DNA from: Erysipelotrichaceae bacterium
GTDB lineage: Bacteria; Bacillota_I; Bacilli_A; Erysipelotrichales; Erysipelotrichaceae
Direction of reading: 5' to 3'
Assembly: GCA_030604855.1 (NCBI GenBank)
Contig: JAUVVC010000003.1
Span: 180,001 to 212,000 of the forward strand
DNA: 32,000 nucleotides
Both the position numbers and the translations under genes were made by a program. Under the pieces are notes generated by a model. That model did no database searches, was not told the DNA's origin, and saw nothing but the letters and a program-made list of their open reading frames with translations. Positions within the stretch are counted from its first letter, which is position 1; each line of letters opens with the position of its first letter. This document shows positions 8,328-17,563 of the stretch, piece after piece.

Positions 8328-9005
8328 ATGGAAAGTTGTGCACAATGTCAAGCACCCATTTGTATTAGTCACTTGAGTTTGTTTAAACGTTTAAGTAAGA
8401 GTCAACGCAGTAAAATCGTCAGTCATGTCATTCGATACACCCTTAAAAAAGGGGATGTTTTTTTGAATGAAGGGGATGCTTTGGCGCAGTTCATCATCAT
8501 CTCACGTGGACGTTTCAGAGCTTTGCGCAATAATGATGACGGTAAATCTAAAGTTGTGCAATATTTGAAGACAGGAGATTTTATCGGTCAAGAGAGTTTG
8601 TTTGAAAAATCAGCGATTCCCTATACCATGGAAGCCATCGAACACGCTTCATTGTGTACGATTCCGGCGAAGACGATGCATGACTTGATCCAAAGTGAAC
8701 CCGATATCGGCTTTGCGATTTTGAGTGAGTTGAGTGCTAAAGTCAATGTGTTGGAGAAAGAGTTGGCAACGGTCCATTTGGAGAGTTTGGAAGTCCGTTT
8801 GATGAATCTGCTCTATCAGCTCAGTCAAGACTATGGTGTTGAGGAAGAGAATGGTATCCTATTACACAATCCCATGAGTCAGGATGACATGGCCATGCGT
8901 TTGGGTGTCAGTCGAGAGAGTGTTAATCGCAAGCTTAAACAACTTGAAAAGGAAGCTCGAATCGAGTTGAGACCTAAAAAACAGATTTATATCCATAAAA
9001 TGTGA
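8328..9005 (+). CDS. Crp/Fnr family transcriptional regulator with an N-terminal Cys cluster
   Basis: cNMP-binding-like beta-roll (GDVFLNEGD...GDFIGQESLF) and a C-terminal HTH (MSQDDMAMRLGVSRESVNRKLKQLE). Cys at positions 4, 7, 12 and 110. Confidence 0.85.
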   Translation: MESCAQCQAPICISHLSLFKRLSKSQRSKIVSHVIRYTLKKGDVFLNEGDALAQFIIISRGRFRALRNNDDGKSKVVQYLKTGDFIGQESLFEKSAIPYTMEAIEHASLCTIPAKTMHDLIQSEPDIGFAILSELSAKVNVLEKELATVHLESLEVRLMNLLYQLSQDYGVEEENGILLHNPMSQDDMAMRLGVSRESVNRKLKQLEKEARIELRPKKQIYIHKM

Positions 9006-9042
9006 CAATAGTCACTTTTTATTTACGATTTTGTGCTAGAAT
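9001..9042 (+). promoter_or_regulatory. Crp/Fnr box plus extended -10: class II-type activator-dependent promoter of the DUF438 gene
   Basis: TGTGA-CAATAG-TCACT at 9001-9016. TGcTAGAAT extended -10 at 9034-9042. No recognisable -35. The box centre is about 41 nt upstream of the expected start site near 9049-9050. Confidence 0.55.
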
Positions 9043-9062
9043 AAGAGATGGAGGATTTAACA

Positions 9063-10238
9063 ATGAGTGAACTGATTGATAACCAAAGTAAACGCCAAGA
9101 TAAATTAAAAGATTTGATCAAACGTTTGCATCGTGGTGAAGACCGAGCAGCGGTTGAAGCTGAATTTAAAAAAGATTTTGCCTATGTGACGGGTGCTGAG
9201 ATTGCCCAAATGGAATACAACCTTGTTCAAGAAGGCGTGAGTGTTGAAGAGATTCAAAGTCTTTGTGATGTCCATGCATCTTTGTTTTCAGGGTCGATAC
9301 AAGAATTGCACAGTGATAAAGTCACGATGAACCCTGTTGATATCTTTGAAGAAGAAAATGTGGAGTTCAGTGCCATGGTTGAAGAGGCATTGAAGTTCAA
9401 ACAATACACCAACAATCGTCTCGATATCGTCAAAGAAGCGTTGAGTGAGATGTTGGAAGGTTTTAAAACAGTTGGGGCGCATTACGCCAAAAAGGAAAAC
9501 ATTTTTTTCCCATTCTTAGAGAAGAATGGTATTGAGACGATCCCTCAAGTCATGTGGGGTGTGGATAATGATATCCGTACATCCATTAAGACGGCTGAAG
9601 AAGCTTTGAATACAAGCAGTGATGTTCAATACATCCTCAGAATGTTCTATGAAATGGTGGATATGATCAAAGAAATGATCACCAAAGAGAACAATATTCT
9701 ATTTCCACTCTTGAAAGAACAGTTGACGGAAGAAGATTTCAAGCAGATCGGGCAGATGTTAAGCAATCCTGATGCGGCGGTATACATTGAGAAGAGTGAT
9801 GACACTGAAAACTATTCAATCGATAACATCGAAGGAAACATTCCGATGAGCATGGGTGTGTTGAGTGCGGCTGAAGCCAATGCGATCTTCAATACGGTTC
9901 CGTTTGATATGACCTTTGTGGATGCGGATAATAAAGTCAAGTTTGTGACCCAAGGGAAGGATCGTATCTTTGATCGTCCTGCTTCGGTCATTGGCCGACC
10001 TGTTCATCTCTGCCATCCACCACAAAGCGTTCATGTGGTGATGAAGATCGTGGATCAATTGCGCAGTGGCGTGAAGGATCACGAGGATTTCTGGATCAAT
10101 CTTCGTGGCAAAATGGTGCATATCCGCTATTATGCCGTACGTGATGAGAAGGGTGATTTCCTTGGGACTTTGGAAGTCAGCCAGGAAATCAGTGAAATCC
10201 GTGCGCTTGAAGGTGAAAAACGATTGATGTCTGAATAA
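9063..10238 (+). CDS. DUF438 family protein with hemerythrin-like region(s) and a C-terminal PAS domain
   Basis: C-terminal ...LCHPPQSVHVVMKIVDQLRSG...FWINLRGKMVHIRYYAVRDEKGDFLGTLEVSQEISEIRALEGEKR is as I recall for DUF438/PAS_10 proteins. HYAKKENIFFPFLE is a hemerythrin-like motif. I prefer ATG 9063, with GGAGGA (9050-9055) 7 nt upstream, over track start 9048, which would sit at the predicted start site. Confidence 0.7.
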   Translation: MSELIDNQSKRQDKLKDLIKRLHRGEDRAAVEAEFKKDFAYVTGAEIAQMEYNLVQEGVSVEEIQSLCDVHASLFSGSIQELHSDKVTMNPVDIFEEENVEFSAMVEEALKFKQYTNNRLDIVKEALSEMLEGFKTVGAHYAKKENIFFPFLEKNGIETIPQVMWGVDNDIRTSIKTAEEALNTSSDVQYILRMFYEMVDMIKEMITKENNILFPLLKEQLTEEDFKQIGQMLSNPDAAVYIEKSDDTENYSIDNIEGNIPMSMGVLSAAEANAIFNTVPFDMTFVDADNKVKFVTQGKDRIFDRPASVIGRPVHLCHPPQSVHVVMKIVDQLRSGVKDHEDFWINLRGKMVHIRYYAVRDEKGDFLGTLEVSQEISEIRALEGEKRLMSE

Positions 10239-10265
10239 CGATGCAAAGCGCATCGTTATTTTTTT
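10236..10265 (+). terminator. Rho-independent terminator
   Basis: TAACGATGC, 5-nt loop, GCATCGTTA: a 9-bp stem followed by seven T. Confidence 0.85.
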
Positions 10266-10298
10266 GTCCTTACGGTATAATAAGCTTAGGTGATAAAC

Positions 10299-11192
10299 AT
10301 GCGGATAATTGCGATTGATGCGGGCGGAACGAAAGCGCGTTTTGCCTTGTATGATGAGAATGGGATTGAGTTGAAGCGTTTGGAACATCCTTCGCTTCAT
10401 CCTTTACAGATCGGCTATGCTCAAATGGCCGCTGCTTTAAGAGTGGGAGTGGATGCGGTACGGGATGATGAAACGCTTGATTTCATCAGTTTTGGTTTGG
10501 CGGGTTATGGACAGAATCCAGAAATTCGTGCTTCCATTGAAAGTGCCATTCATAAGAAATTTCCCTTTGATCGCTATTGCATTCAAAGTGATGTGGATTG
10601 TGCACTGATGGCCGCATTGAAAGGTCAAGATGGTTTGATGCTCATCGCAGGAACCGGATCCATAGCGTTGGCAAGTACTCAAGGTCAGCGCCATCGTGTG
10701 GGTGGCTGGGGGTATTGGATCGGAGATGAGGGCAGTGCGTTTTGGATCGGTAAACAGGTTTTGGGCCTGTTTAGTAAGATGGCCGATGGTCGCATAAAGA
10801 AAACCGTGCTCTATGATTGCGTGATGGATAGTTTGGTTCTCAATGAGCCCAGTGATATGATCAAAATTCTAAGCGATCATCCACGTCCTAAAGAAGCGAT
10901 TGCGGCGTTGGCCAGGGTGTGTTATCTTGCCGCGAGTAAAAAAGATAAACATGCGATTCAATGTTTCAAAATGGCGGCTAAGGAGCTTGCTTTGCATATA
11001 CAGACCAGTTTGAAGGCGCACCCAGAATTGCGACGCATTCGATTGGCTGGGGGTGTCTTTGAGGCGAAAGAATTTGTATTGGACCCACTTACTGCGTATT
11101 TGGATCCAAGTTTGGATATCGCATTGAGTGAGGATACGCCTTTGTTCGGAGCTTATTTGATTGGTAAACAAAAAGAAGGAGCACAAGTATGA
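10299..11192 (+). CDS. BadF/BadG/BcrA/BcrD-type ATPase (N-acetylglucosamine kinase-like sugar kinase)
   Basis: IAIDAGGTKARFALYD N-terminal phosphate-1 motif and GGWGYWIGDEGSAFWIG motif. ATG 10299 has AGGTGA 5 nt upstream; the track start at 10290 is GTG. Confidence 0.75.
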   Translation: MRIIAIDAGGTKARFALYDENGIELKRLEHPSLHPLQIGYAQMAAALRVGVDAVRDDETLDFISFGLAGYGQNPEIRASIESAIHKKFPFDRYCIQSDVDCALMAALKGQDGLMLIAGTGSIALASTQGQRHRVGGWGYWIGDEGSAFWIGKQVLGLFSKMADGRIKKTVLYDCVMDSLVLNEPSDMIKILSDHPRPKEAIAALARVCYLAASKKDKHAIQCFKMAAKELALHIQTSLKAHPELRRIRLAGGVFEAKEFVLDPLTAYLDPSLDIALSEDTPLFGAYLIGKQKEGAQV

Positions 11193-12094
11193 GAATCGGA
11201 GTATTAGGCATTGGGGATATCGCTAAGAAAGGCTATCTTCCTGTATTGGCGAATGTGAAGGATGTACAAATCATTCCTTGTACGCGTAATGCGGAGACCT
11301 TGAAAGAAGTCATGGATCGCTATCATCTTACTGAAGGGTATACGGATGTGGATGCGTTTCTAGCTCAACCTTTGGATGGGGTTTATGTGACGGCCGCAAC
11401 CTCTGCGCATTATGCATTGTCCATGAAGGTCATTGATGCGGGGATTCCGCTCCATTTGGATAAACCGATCTCTTTAGATTATACAGAGACACGAAATTTG
11501 GTCGAATATGCTCAAGCCAAGAATAATTTCTTGATGATCGGTTTCAATCGTCGTTTTGTACCAATCGTAAAAAAAGTTCATGATGAAGGTAAACCCGATA
11601 TCGTGGTTTATCAGAAGAACCGTGATATGCATCCGGATAATCTAAGACGTTTCATTGTAGAAGACTTTGTGCATGTGGTGGATACGACCCGCTATCTGCT
11701 TCAAGATGAGATTGTGGAACTTCGTGTGCATGGGAAAAAAGAAGGGGATACCTTGATTCATGTGGTGGTCAATATGATCACACCAAGCAATCAAGGCATC
11801 TTGATCATGAATTATCTCAATGGGGTGACAGAAGAGATCATTGAAGTTTCCCATCCGCATAAAAAGTCCATCATTCGTAATCTTGCTTCACTTGAGATCT
11901 ATGATCACAGTGATTTCATCAAGAAGCCTGAAAGTGATTGGATTCCTACCTTAAAGAAACGTGGTTTTGAAGACCTTAGAGATGCCTTCTTGAATGCACT
12001 TAAAACAAAAGCACCGAGTCCTGTTGATGGACCCGATGCCTTACGTACACATCAGTTGTGTGAAGAAATCGTTATGAAACTAGAATCTCAATGA
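11189..12094 (+). CDS. Gfo/Idh/MocA family oxidoreductase
   Basis: MRIGVLGIGDIAKKGYLPVL N-terminal Rossmann motif. ATGA overlap with the upstream kinase gene. Confidence 0.75.
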   Translation: MRIGVLGIGDIAKKGYLPVLANVKDVQIIPCTRNAETLKEVMDRYHLTEGYTDVDAFLAQPLDGVYVTAATSAHYALSMKVIDAGIPLHLDKPISLDYTETRNLVEYAQAKNNFLMIGFNRRFVPIVKKVHDEGKPDIVVYQKNRDMHPDNLRRFIVEDFVHVVDTTRYLLQDEIVELRVHGKKEGDTLIHVVVNMITPSNQGILIMNYLNGVTEEIIEVSHPHKKSIIRNLASLEIYDHSDFIKKPESDWIPTLKKRGFEDLRDAFLNALKTKAPSPVDGPDALRTHQLCEEIVMKLESQ

Positions 12095-12104
12095 GATTCT
12101 TTTA
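12082..12104. terminator. Shared hairpin between convergent genes (likely bidirectional terminator)
   Basis: AGAATCTCA-A-TGAGATTCT: a perfect 9-bp inverted repeat spanning the TGA at 12092-12094, followed by TTTT. The uppP stop (12102-12104) abuts it. Confidence 0.5.
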
Positions 12105-12911
12105 TACGATGAGCAGAACCAAGACCACGATTGCCAAGCCGATGCGATAATACGCAAAGAAGGTGAAATCATGTTTGCGGACATAGTCCATCAAGAAACG
12201 GATGACGAACATGGAGACGACAAAGGCGGTTACGAAACCAAGACCCAATACCGACCATTCTAAGCTTGACCAGGTGAATCCAGCTTTCATCAACTTCAAG
12301 AAGCTTGCCCCAAACATGACGGGAATCGCTAAGAAGAAAGAGAACTCCGCCGCAACCGTACGACTCAAGCCCAACCAGATGGCTCCTAAGATGGTGGCAC
12401 CACTGCGTGATGTGCCTGGAATCAAGGCAAGCATTTGAAACAAGCCGATGATCAAGGCATCTTTATAGGTGATTTTCAACAAGCTGTTTTTGGGGTGTTC
12501 TTTGACCTTGCGTTCGATCCAAATAAACCAAAACCCAAAGACGATCAAAGTGACCACTATGACGATGGGTTTATAGAGCACTGTATCGATCACATCATCC
12601 CATAAGATACCGACGATGCCTGCTGGTACGCTGGCAATCAAAATCTTCACCCACAAGAGGATGGTGTTGTGTCGATGGGCTTTACTTTCCCTGAAAGGGA
12701 AGAGTTTTGGAAAAAACAAAATGACGACGGCTAAAATGGAACCCAGTTGGATCAACACAAAGAAGAGATTGACGAAATCGGGTGTGAATGCGAAGGGAAA
12801 CCAGTGTTCAAACAGAATCATGTGTCCTGTTGAACTGATGGGCAACCATTCCGTGATGCCCTGAATGATGCCTAAAATCAATGCTTTAAGTAGTTCTAAA
12901 ATTGGATTCAT
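12102..12911 (-). CDS. uppP: Undecaprenyl-diphosphate phosphatase
   Basis: GITEWLPISSTGHMIL and PGTSRSGATI motifs of BacA/UppP in a polytopic membrane protein. Confidence 0.9.
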   Translation of the reverse strand: MNPILELLKALILGIIQGITEWLPISSTGHMILFEHWFPFAFTPDFVNLFFVLIQLGSILAVVILFFPKLFPFRESKAHRHNTILLWVKILIASVPAGIVGILWDDVIDTVLYKPIVIVVTLIVFGFWFIWIERKVKEHPKNSLLKITYKDALIIGLFQMLALIPGTSRSGATILGAIWLGLSRTVAAEFSFFLAIPVMFGASFLKLMKAGFTWSSLEWSVLGLGFVTAFVVSMFVIRFLMDYVRKHDFTFFAYYRIGLAIVVLVLLIV

Positions 12912-13007
12912 AATAACCTCACCGTTCTCATTATAGCACCATCATGGTTTTATATTGGGCAATTATCCCAAGCTTATGACATAATAAATAGAAAAAGGAG
13001 CGATGAA

Positions 13008-13928
13008 ATGAAAGCATTGATCAGTGAGACACATACCCTACCATTGGATTATCAAACACGATTGAAACAAATCGGTTTGGAGTTCGATGTGATTGAAGAT
13101 ACAAAGCAAATAGAGGACCCAGGCCAATATGAAGTGGTGTTTGGAGCCAATCATGTCAAACGTTTGGGCTTGGATAAGTTTGTAAACTTGAAATGGATTC
13201 AAAGTTCATATGCCGGCTTTAACAATCTTCCTGTGGAAGAGTGGAAGCATAAAGGGATACTTTTCACCAACGCGAAGGATGTGTTCAGTGAACCGATCGC
13301 CGAACATGTCGTGCTCTATATCTTGATGCATTACAAACGTGCTCTGGAAGTGTATCACAACCAAGTCAAACATCATTGGGATCGTTTGGAGAACCGCGAA
13401 CTGAGCCATCAAAATATCTGTGTCGTTGGTATTGGAAGTATCGGTCAAGCCATTCAAAAACGATTGAAAGGCTTCAATGTGCAGTTGATCGGTGTCAATA
13501 GTAATGGTCGTAGTGTCGATGGCTTCGATCAAGTCTACCCGGTAAAAGAGCTGAAGACAGCGGTGGCGATGAGCGATGTGGTGGTCATCACTTTACCGTT
13601 GAATGACCAGACAGAAAACCTATTTGATGAGGATGTGTTGAAATGCATGAAGAAGGATGGTTTGTTAATCAATGTGGGTCGTGGGAGAATCATTGATGAG
13701 AGTGCTTTGATGGAGGTGTTGAATCACGATCGCTTAGGGGCTTGTGTTCTGGATGTCATGGCTGTGGAACCCTTACCTCAAGATTCACCTTTATGGGATA
13801 CCAAAAACCTTTTGATCACACCCCATAATAGTGGGACTGGCGCTTTGACTTTAGAGCGACTCTACACCATCTTTGAGCAGAATCTCTATCGTTATGCCCA
13901 TAAGCAAGATTTGATAAATATCGTCTAA
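13008..13928 (+). CDS. D-isomer-specific 2-hydroxyacid dehydrogenase family protein
   Basis: VGIGSIGQAIQKRL NAD-binding motif, NVGRGRIIDESAL, and DV...EPLPQDSPLW...ITPHNSG catalytic-region pattern. Confidence 0.8.
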   Translation: MKALISETHTLPLDYQTRLKQIGLEFDVIEDTKQIEDPGQYEVVFGANHVKRLGLDKFVNLKWIQSSYAGFNNLPVEEWKHKGILFTNAKDVFSEPIAEHVVLYILMHYKRALEVYHNQVKHHWDRLENRELSHQNICVVGIGSIGQAIQKRLKGFNVQLIGVNSNGRSVDGFDQVYPVKELKTAVAMSDVVVITLPLNDQTENLFDEDVLKCMKKDGLLINVGRGRIIDESALMEVLNHDRLGACVLDVMAVEPLPQDSPLWDTKNLLITPHNSGTGALTLERLYTIFEQNLYRYAHKQDLINIV

Positions 13929-13933
13929 TAATA

Positions 13934-13957
13934 AGAACCAAGCATACGCTTGGTTCT
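13934..13957. terminator. Bidirectional terminator hairpin between convergent genes
   Basis: AGAACCAAGC, ATAC loop, GCTTGGTTCT: a perfect 10-bp stem. The stop of the minus-strand gene overlaps the stem end. Confidence 0.7.
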
Positions 13958-14303
13958 ACTCATATTCATTGTATTTGAGGTTCTTACCCTTGACCTTGGC
14001 TGCCGGATATTTTTGTTCATTCAATTTCATCTTCTCCTCCAAAGCTTGATTGAGGTCGATGTTGTAAAGATCCGCAATGCGTAAGAGATAGTAGTAAACA
14101 TCTGCCAATTCATGCGTGACCTTGTCGGGCTGTGCTTTCAGCAGCTCAATGCATTGTGTCTCATCTTTGAAGCGAAAGAGCTGTAAGAGCTCATTGGCTT
14201 CGGTGCTTAGACCAATGCTCAAGTCTTTTAAACTGTGGAATTGGTCCCAATCACGCTCCTCGCAGAAACTTCTGATCTGATCACTGAGTTCTCTTTGATT
14301 CAT
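13956..14303 (-). CDS. MazG-like nucleotide pyrophosphohydrolase (small, single-domain)
   Basis: EANELLQLF...ELADVYYYLLRIADLYNIDL is the EExx-E/D helical pattern typical of all-alpha NTP pyrophosphatases. ATGA overlap with the upstream GNAT gene. Confidence 0.75.
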   Translation of the reverse strand: MNQRELSDQIRSFCEERDWDQFHSLKDLSIGLSTEANELLQLFRFKDETQCIELLKAQPDKVTHELADVYYYLLRIADLYNIDLNQALEEKMKLNEQKYPAAKVKGKNLKYNEYE

Positions 14304-14848
14304 GTGTCATTGTCCTCATTGATCAAAGCATACAAGAGATGGTCCTGCCAGGAGCCATTGATGTGCATGAGTTTGTGGAGCCGGCCTTCGAAGATGAATC
14401 CATATTCACTCACCAATTGAATCATATACGTATCGTTGGGTAGGATGGGCATGTGTAAGATGTGAATCTTACGATTGTGGAAGAAATAATCAACCAGTGT
14501 TCGCAAGATCAGACGTCCAAACTCAGGTGTCCGATAACGATGATCGATGATGATGCGAAGATTCAGATAATTATGATTACGATTGGGATCACGTATCGAT
14601 TTGACTTTGGCCAAGATGCGTTTTCCATTTGCACTTAAGACCCCGAAGGCATAGCCTTCATCGCGTTCGAAATCAATGACGCTTTGGATGATGAATTTTT
14701 GTTGGACCTCAAGCGTGTAATAATCGCTTAATTTCGTCGTTGAAAAATGATCGATGTAATATCGATTCTCTTGGTGGAACTTCAGCCATAAATCGGCTTT
14801 GATTTCATACATGGGTTTGATCAAATAGTTTTCAACTTGGATTTGCAT
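14300..14848 (-). CDS. GNAT family N-acetyltransferase (RimJ/RimL-like)
   Basis: C-terminal ...LVSEYGFIFEGRLHKLMHINGSWQDHLLYALI matches the RimJ/RimL-type GNAT pattern. Confidence 0.65.
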   Translation of the reverse strand: MQIQVENYLIKPMYEIKADLWLKFHQENRYYIDHFSTTKLSDYYTLEVQQKFIIQSVIDFERDEGYAFGVLSANGKRILAKVKSIRDPNRNHNYLNLRIIIDHRYRTPEFGRLILRTLVDYFFHNRKIHILHMPILPNDTYMIQLVSEYGFIFEGRLHKLMHINGSWQDHLLYALINEDNDT

Positions 14849-14942
14849 CTCTATAGTTCTATTTTAAGCATTTCATAGCTTAACACAAGGATATTTGCTA
14901 AAATTGAAATAGAGAAAAACAAGTATTTTATAAGGAGATTCA

Positions 14943-16583
14943 ATGTACAATTCCTATCCCATCCATATCACGGGGCATAAACATCCGGATACGGACTCCA
15001 TCTGTTCAGCCATCGCGTATGCAGAGTTGAAGCGTAAACTCGGGTACAATGCGGTTGCTTGTCGATTGGGTGAAGTCAACCATGAGACACGTTATGTCTT
15101 GAAGCGTTTTGGCTTCCAACATCCCATCATTCTCGATGATGCACGGATGCGTCTCAATGAAATCGACCTGGACAAGGCTGTAACCATCAAAGAAGAGACG
15201 ACCATTTATGAAGCATGGCAGTTGATGAGCACTGAGAAAAAGGTGCTTTGTGTTGTGGATGATGACAATCATCTCTTAGGTGTTTTAACGAATTCCAATC
15301 TTGCGAGTGTCGCCATGGGGGATACGGCAAAGAGTATTGAGCTTTTGAGTAAGACACCGATTGAATACATCGTGAAGACCATTCAAGGGGCTTTGGTTTA
15401 TGCGCCGAAAGTCACACGCTTGAATGGTAAGGTCAGTATCGTAGCAGTTGCGGAACATAAATTGGATAATTATGAGCTCAAAGACCGTACCGTCATTGTT
15501 GGGAATGATACAGAGGCGCAACTACAAGCCATTGAGAAGGATGCGGCGTGTCTGGTTGTGGTTTGGGCGGATTCCATTCGAGATGAGGTCATCAAGTCCG
15601 CAAAGGAAAAGGGTTGTGCGATCATCATGTCAGGCCATGGGACTTTGAATACCTCCCGTTATTTGTTTTATTCATCACCGATCAAGTTCATCATGTCTAC
15701 GGAACTGGTGACCTTTGAGAAGACGGAGTTCGTGGATGATGCCTTGAACAAAGTCGTCAAATCACGTTTCAGAAGTTACCCGGTCGTGGATGGGGATGGA
15801 CGCATCTTTGGCCTGGTGTCGCGTTATCATCTTTTGAACGCACGACGTAAACAGATCATTTTGGTCGATCATAATGAGACAGCACAAAGCGTGGACAGTT
15901 TGATGGAAGCGGATCTCTTGGAAGTCATCGATCATCATCGCATCGGAGACATTCAAACCAATAAGCCGATCAACTTTAGAAATCAATTGGTGGGCAGTAC
16001 TTGCACCATTGTCGCAAATCTCTACGATGAGAATCGTGTTCCCATGGAGCCTAACATCGCGGGTTTATTGTGTGCGGCCATCTTGTCGGACACCCTGAAC
16101 TTCAAATCGCCGACCACGACGATCGTGGATGTGCATACGGCTCAACGTTGCGCACGAATTGCGGAATTGAATACGGATGTGTTGGCGAAGGATATCTTCA
16201 CCGAAGGTGCCGGTATTCATGAGAAAACGGCACTCGAAATCGTTGAGAACGACATCAAGGAATTTGCGATCGGTAGTTATCGTGTCATGGTGGGTCAGAT
16301 GAGTCTCTTTGATGTCCAACAAGTCGAAGCGATCCGTGCGGATGTGTTGAAGGCGATGGGGTCGTTTGTCAAAGAGAAAAGATTGGATTTGTTGTTGTTG
16401 TTGTTCACAAGTCTAGAGCACCATGGTTCGGCCATGTTGTATATGGGGAAAGAGAAGTGGATTGCGGAGGAAGCGTATCCAGGAATCGACAATCAACACT
16501 TGAGGTTGTTTGAAGATATCTTGTCACGTAAGAAACAGGTCATACCGCGTCTTTCTTCGGTTGTGGAAGGTCGTTTGAGATGA
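14943..16583 (+). CDS. ppaC: CBS-domain-containing family II inorganic pyrophosphatase (DHH, CBS/DRTGG insert, DHHA2)
   Basis: N-terminal ITGHKHPDTDSICSAIAYAELK; DHNE and DHHRIGD DHH motifs; CBS-like segments between them; C-terminal DHHA2-like region. Confidence 0.85.
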   Translation: MYNSYPIHITGHKHPDTDSICSAIAYAELKRKLGYNAVACRLGEVNHETRYVLKRFGFQHPIILDDARMRLNEIDLDKAVTIKEETTIYEAWQLMSTEKKVLCVVDDDNHLLGVLTNSNLASVAMGDTAKSIELLSKTPIEYIVKTIQGALVYAPKVTRLNGKVSIVAVAEHKLDNYELKDRTVIVGNDTEAQLQAIEKDAACLVVVWADSIRDEVIKSAKEKGCAIIMSGHGTLNTSRYLFYSSPIKFIMSTELVTFEKTEFVDDALNKVVKSRFRSYPVVDGDGRIFGLVSRYHLLNARRKQIILVDHNETAQSVDSLMEADLLEVIDHHRIGDIQTNKPINFRNQLVGSTCTIVANLYDENRVPMEPNIAGLLCAAILSDTLNFKSPTTTIVDVHTAQRCARIAELNTDVLAKDIFTEGAGIHEKTALEIVENDIKEFAIGSYRVMVGQMSLFDVQQVEAIRADVLKAMGSFVKEKRLDLLLLLFTSLEHHGSAMLYMGKEKWIAEEAYPGIDNQHLRLFEDILSRKKQVIPRLSSVVEGRLR

Positions 16584-17563
16584 TCCGCATCGGAACCATT
16601 GGGACATCTGTCATCACAGATGACTTCATTCATGCCTTGAAACAAGTCGAGGATTATCAACTGGTATGTGTTTATTCCAGAGATGAAGAGAAAGCACGGC
16701 TTTTTGCACAAAAGCATGCATCTCCTGAATGCACTTCCAATTGGGACGCATTTTTGAATCACAAGCACATGGATGCAATTTATGTCGCAAGTCCCAATGA
16801 TCTTCATTTTGAACATAGCGTTGCAATCCTCAGAGCTGGTAAACACGCGATCACAGAGAAACCGTTTGTGAGCAATGCGCATGAATTTGAAGCTTTGATG
16901 GCTGTGGTGAAAGAAACGGGAAAATTCTGTTTCGATGCGATCCTACCGCTTCATCATCCCAATCTTCAAGTGATCAAAGAAGCTTTGCCTTCGATTGGTA
17001 AGCTTAAATTGATGATGTCGAACATGGTTCAATATTCCAGTCGATACAAGATGGTCTTGAATGGACAGATTCCCAACATCTTCAACCCCGTTCACAGTGG
17101 TGGCGCGTTGATGGACTTGGGTGTGTATTCCACAAGCATCTGTGTCGCCTTGTTTGGTAAGCCAGAATCATTGACCTACACTTGTAATAAACTTGCCAAT
17201 GGCATTGACACCTCAGGTGTGATGGTTCTGAATTATCCGGATTTTGTCGTAACGAATACTTTTGGTAAAGATAGTTTCGGTATAAATAATATGACTTTTT
17301 GTGGAGAAGAGGCATCGCTTCAAATCCCCCTTCAACCTTCACGGTTGTTGGGTGTTGAACGTGTGACGATGCAGGGTCGCCAAGATATTGGGGCTGAATC
17401 CCTACGGGATGGCATGGTGTATGAGTTGCTTGATTTTGCTTCTATCATAAAAAATAACGACTGGCAGAAATACCAATCGTTTATGAATATTACAAAGGAT
17501 GTCATCAGTTGTTTGGATGATGCGCGGCGTCAGAATGGCATTGTGTTCAGGACAGATCGCTGA
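16580..17563 (+). CDS. Gfo/Idh/MocA family oxidoreductase
   Basis: MIRIGTIGTSVITDDF Rossmann N-terminus and ITEKPF motif. ATGA overlap with the pyrophosphatase gene. Confidence 0.75.
   Translation: MIRIGTIGTSVITDDFIHALKQVEDYQLVCVYSRDEEKARLFAQKHASPECTSNWDAFLNHKHMDAIYVASPNDLHFEHSVAILRAGKHAITEKPFVSNAHEFEALMAVVKETGKFCFDAILPLHHPNLQVIKEALPSIGKLKLMMSNMVQYSSRYKMVLNGQIPNIFNPVHSGGALMDLGVYSTSICVALFGKPESLTYTCNKLANGIDTSGVMVLNYPDFVVTNTFGKDSFGINNMTFCGEEASLQIPLQPSRLLGVERVTMQGRQDIGAESLRDGMVYELLDFASIIKNNDWQKYQSFMNITKDVISCLDDARRQNGIVFRTDR

Noticed and set aside
9816-10400. 194-aa ORF on the minus strand spanning the DUF438 3' end, its terminator and the start of the kinase gene
   Set aside because: It is antisense to two well-supported genes and crosses a strong terminator. 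The product is low-complexity (His/Arg/Ile-rich) with no SD or recognisable motif, so I treat it as a shadow ORF.
16381-16400. Short TTG tandem repeat (ttgttgttgttgttg)
   Set aside because: It lies in frame inside the pyrophosphatase gene and encodes a Leu run (LLLLLF). It is too short to count as a repeat element.
16493-16882. 129-aa minus-strand ORF overlapping the pyrophosphatase/oxidoreductase junction
   Set aside because: It is antisense to two motif-supported, translationally coupled genes and has no independent signals.
17547-17563. 17-nt overlap of the 3' ends of the convergent oxidoreductase and Nudix genes; similar abutting stops at 7091-7097
   Set aside because: Short convergent overlaps are common in compact genomes, and I see no structure or motif in the overlap. 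I noted it only as a lack of terminators.
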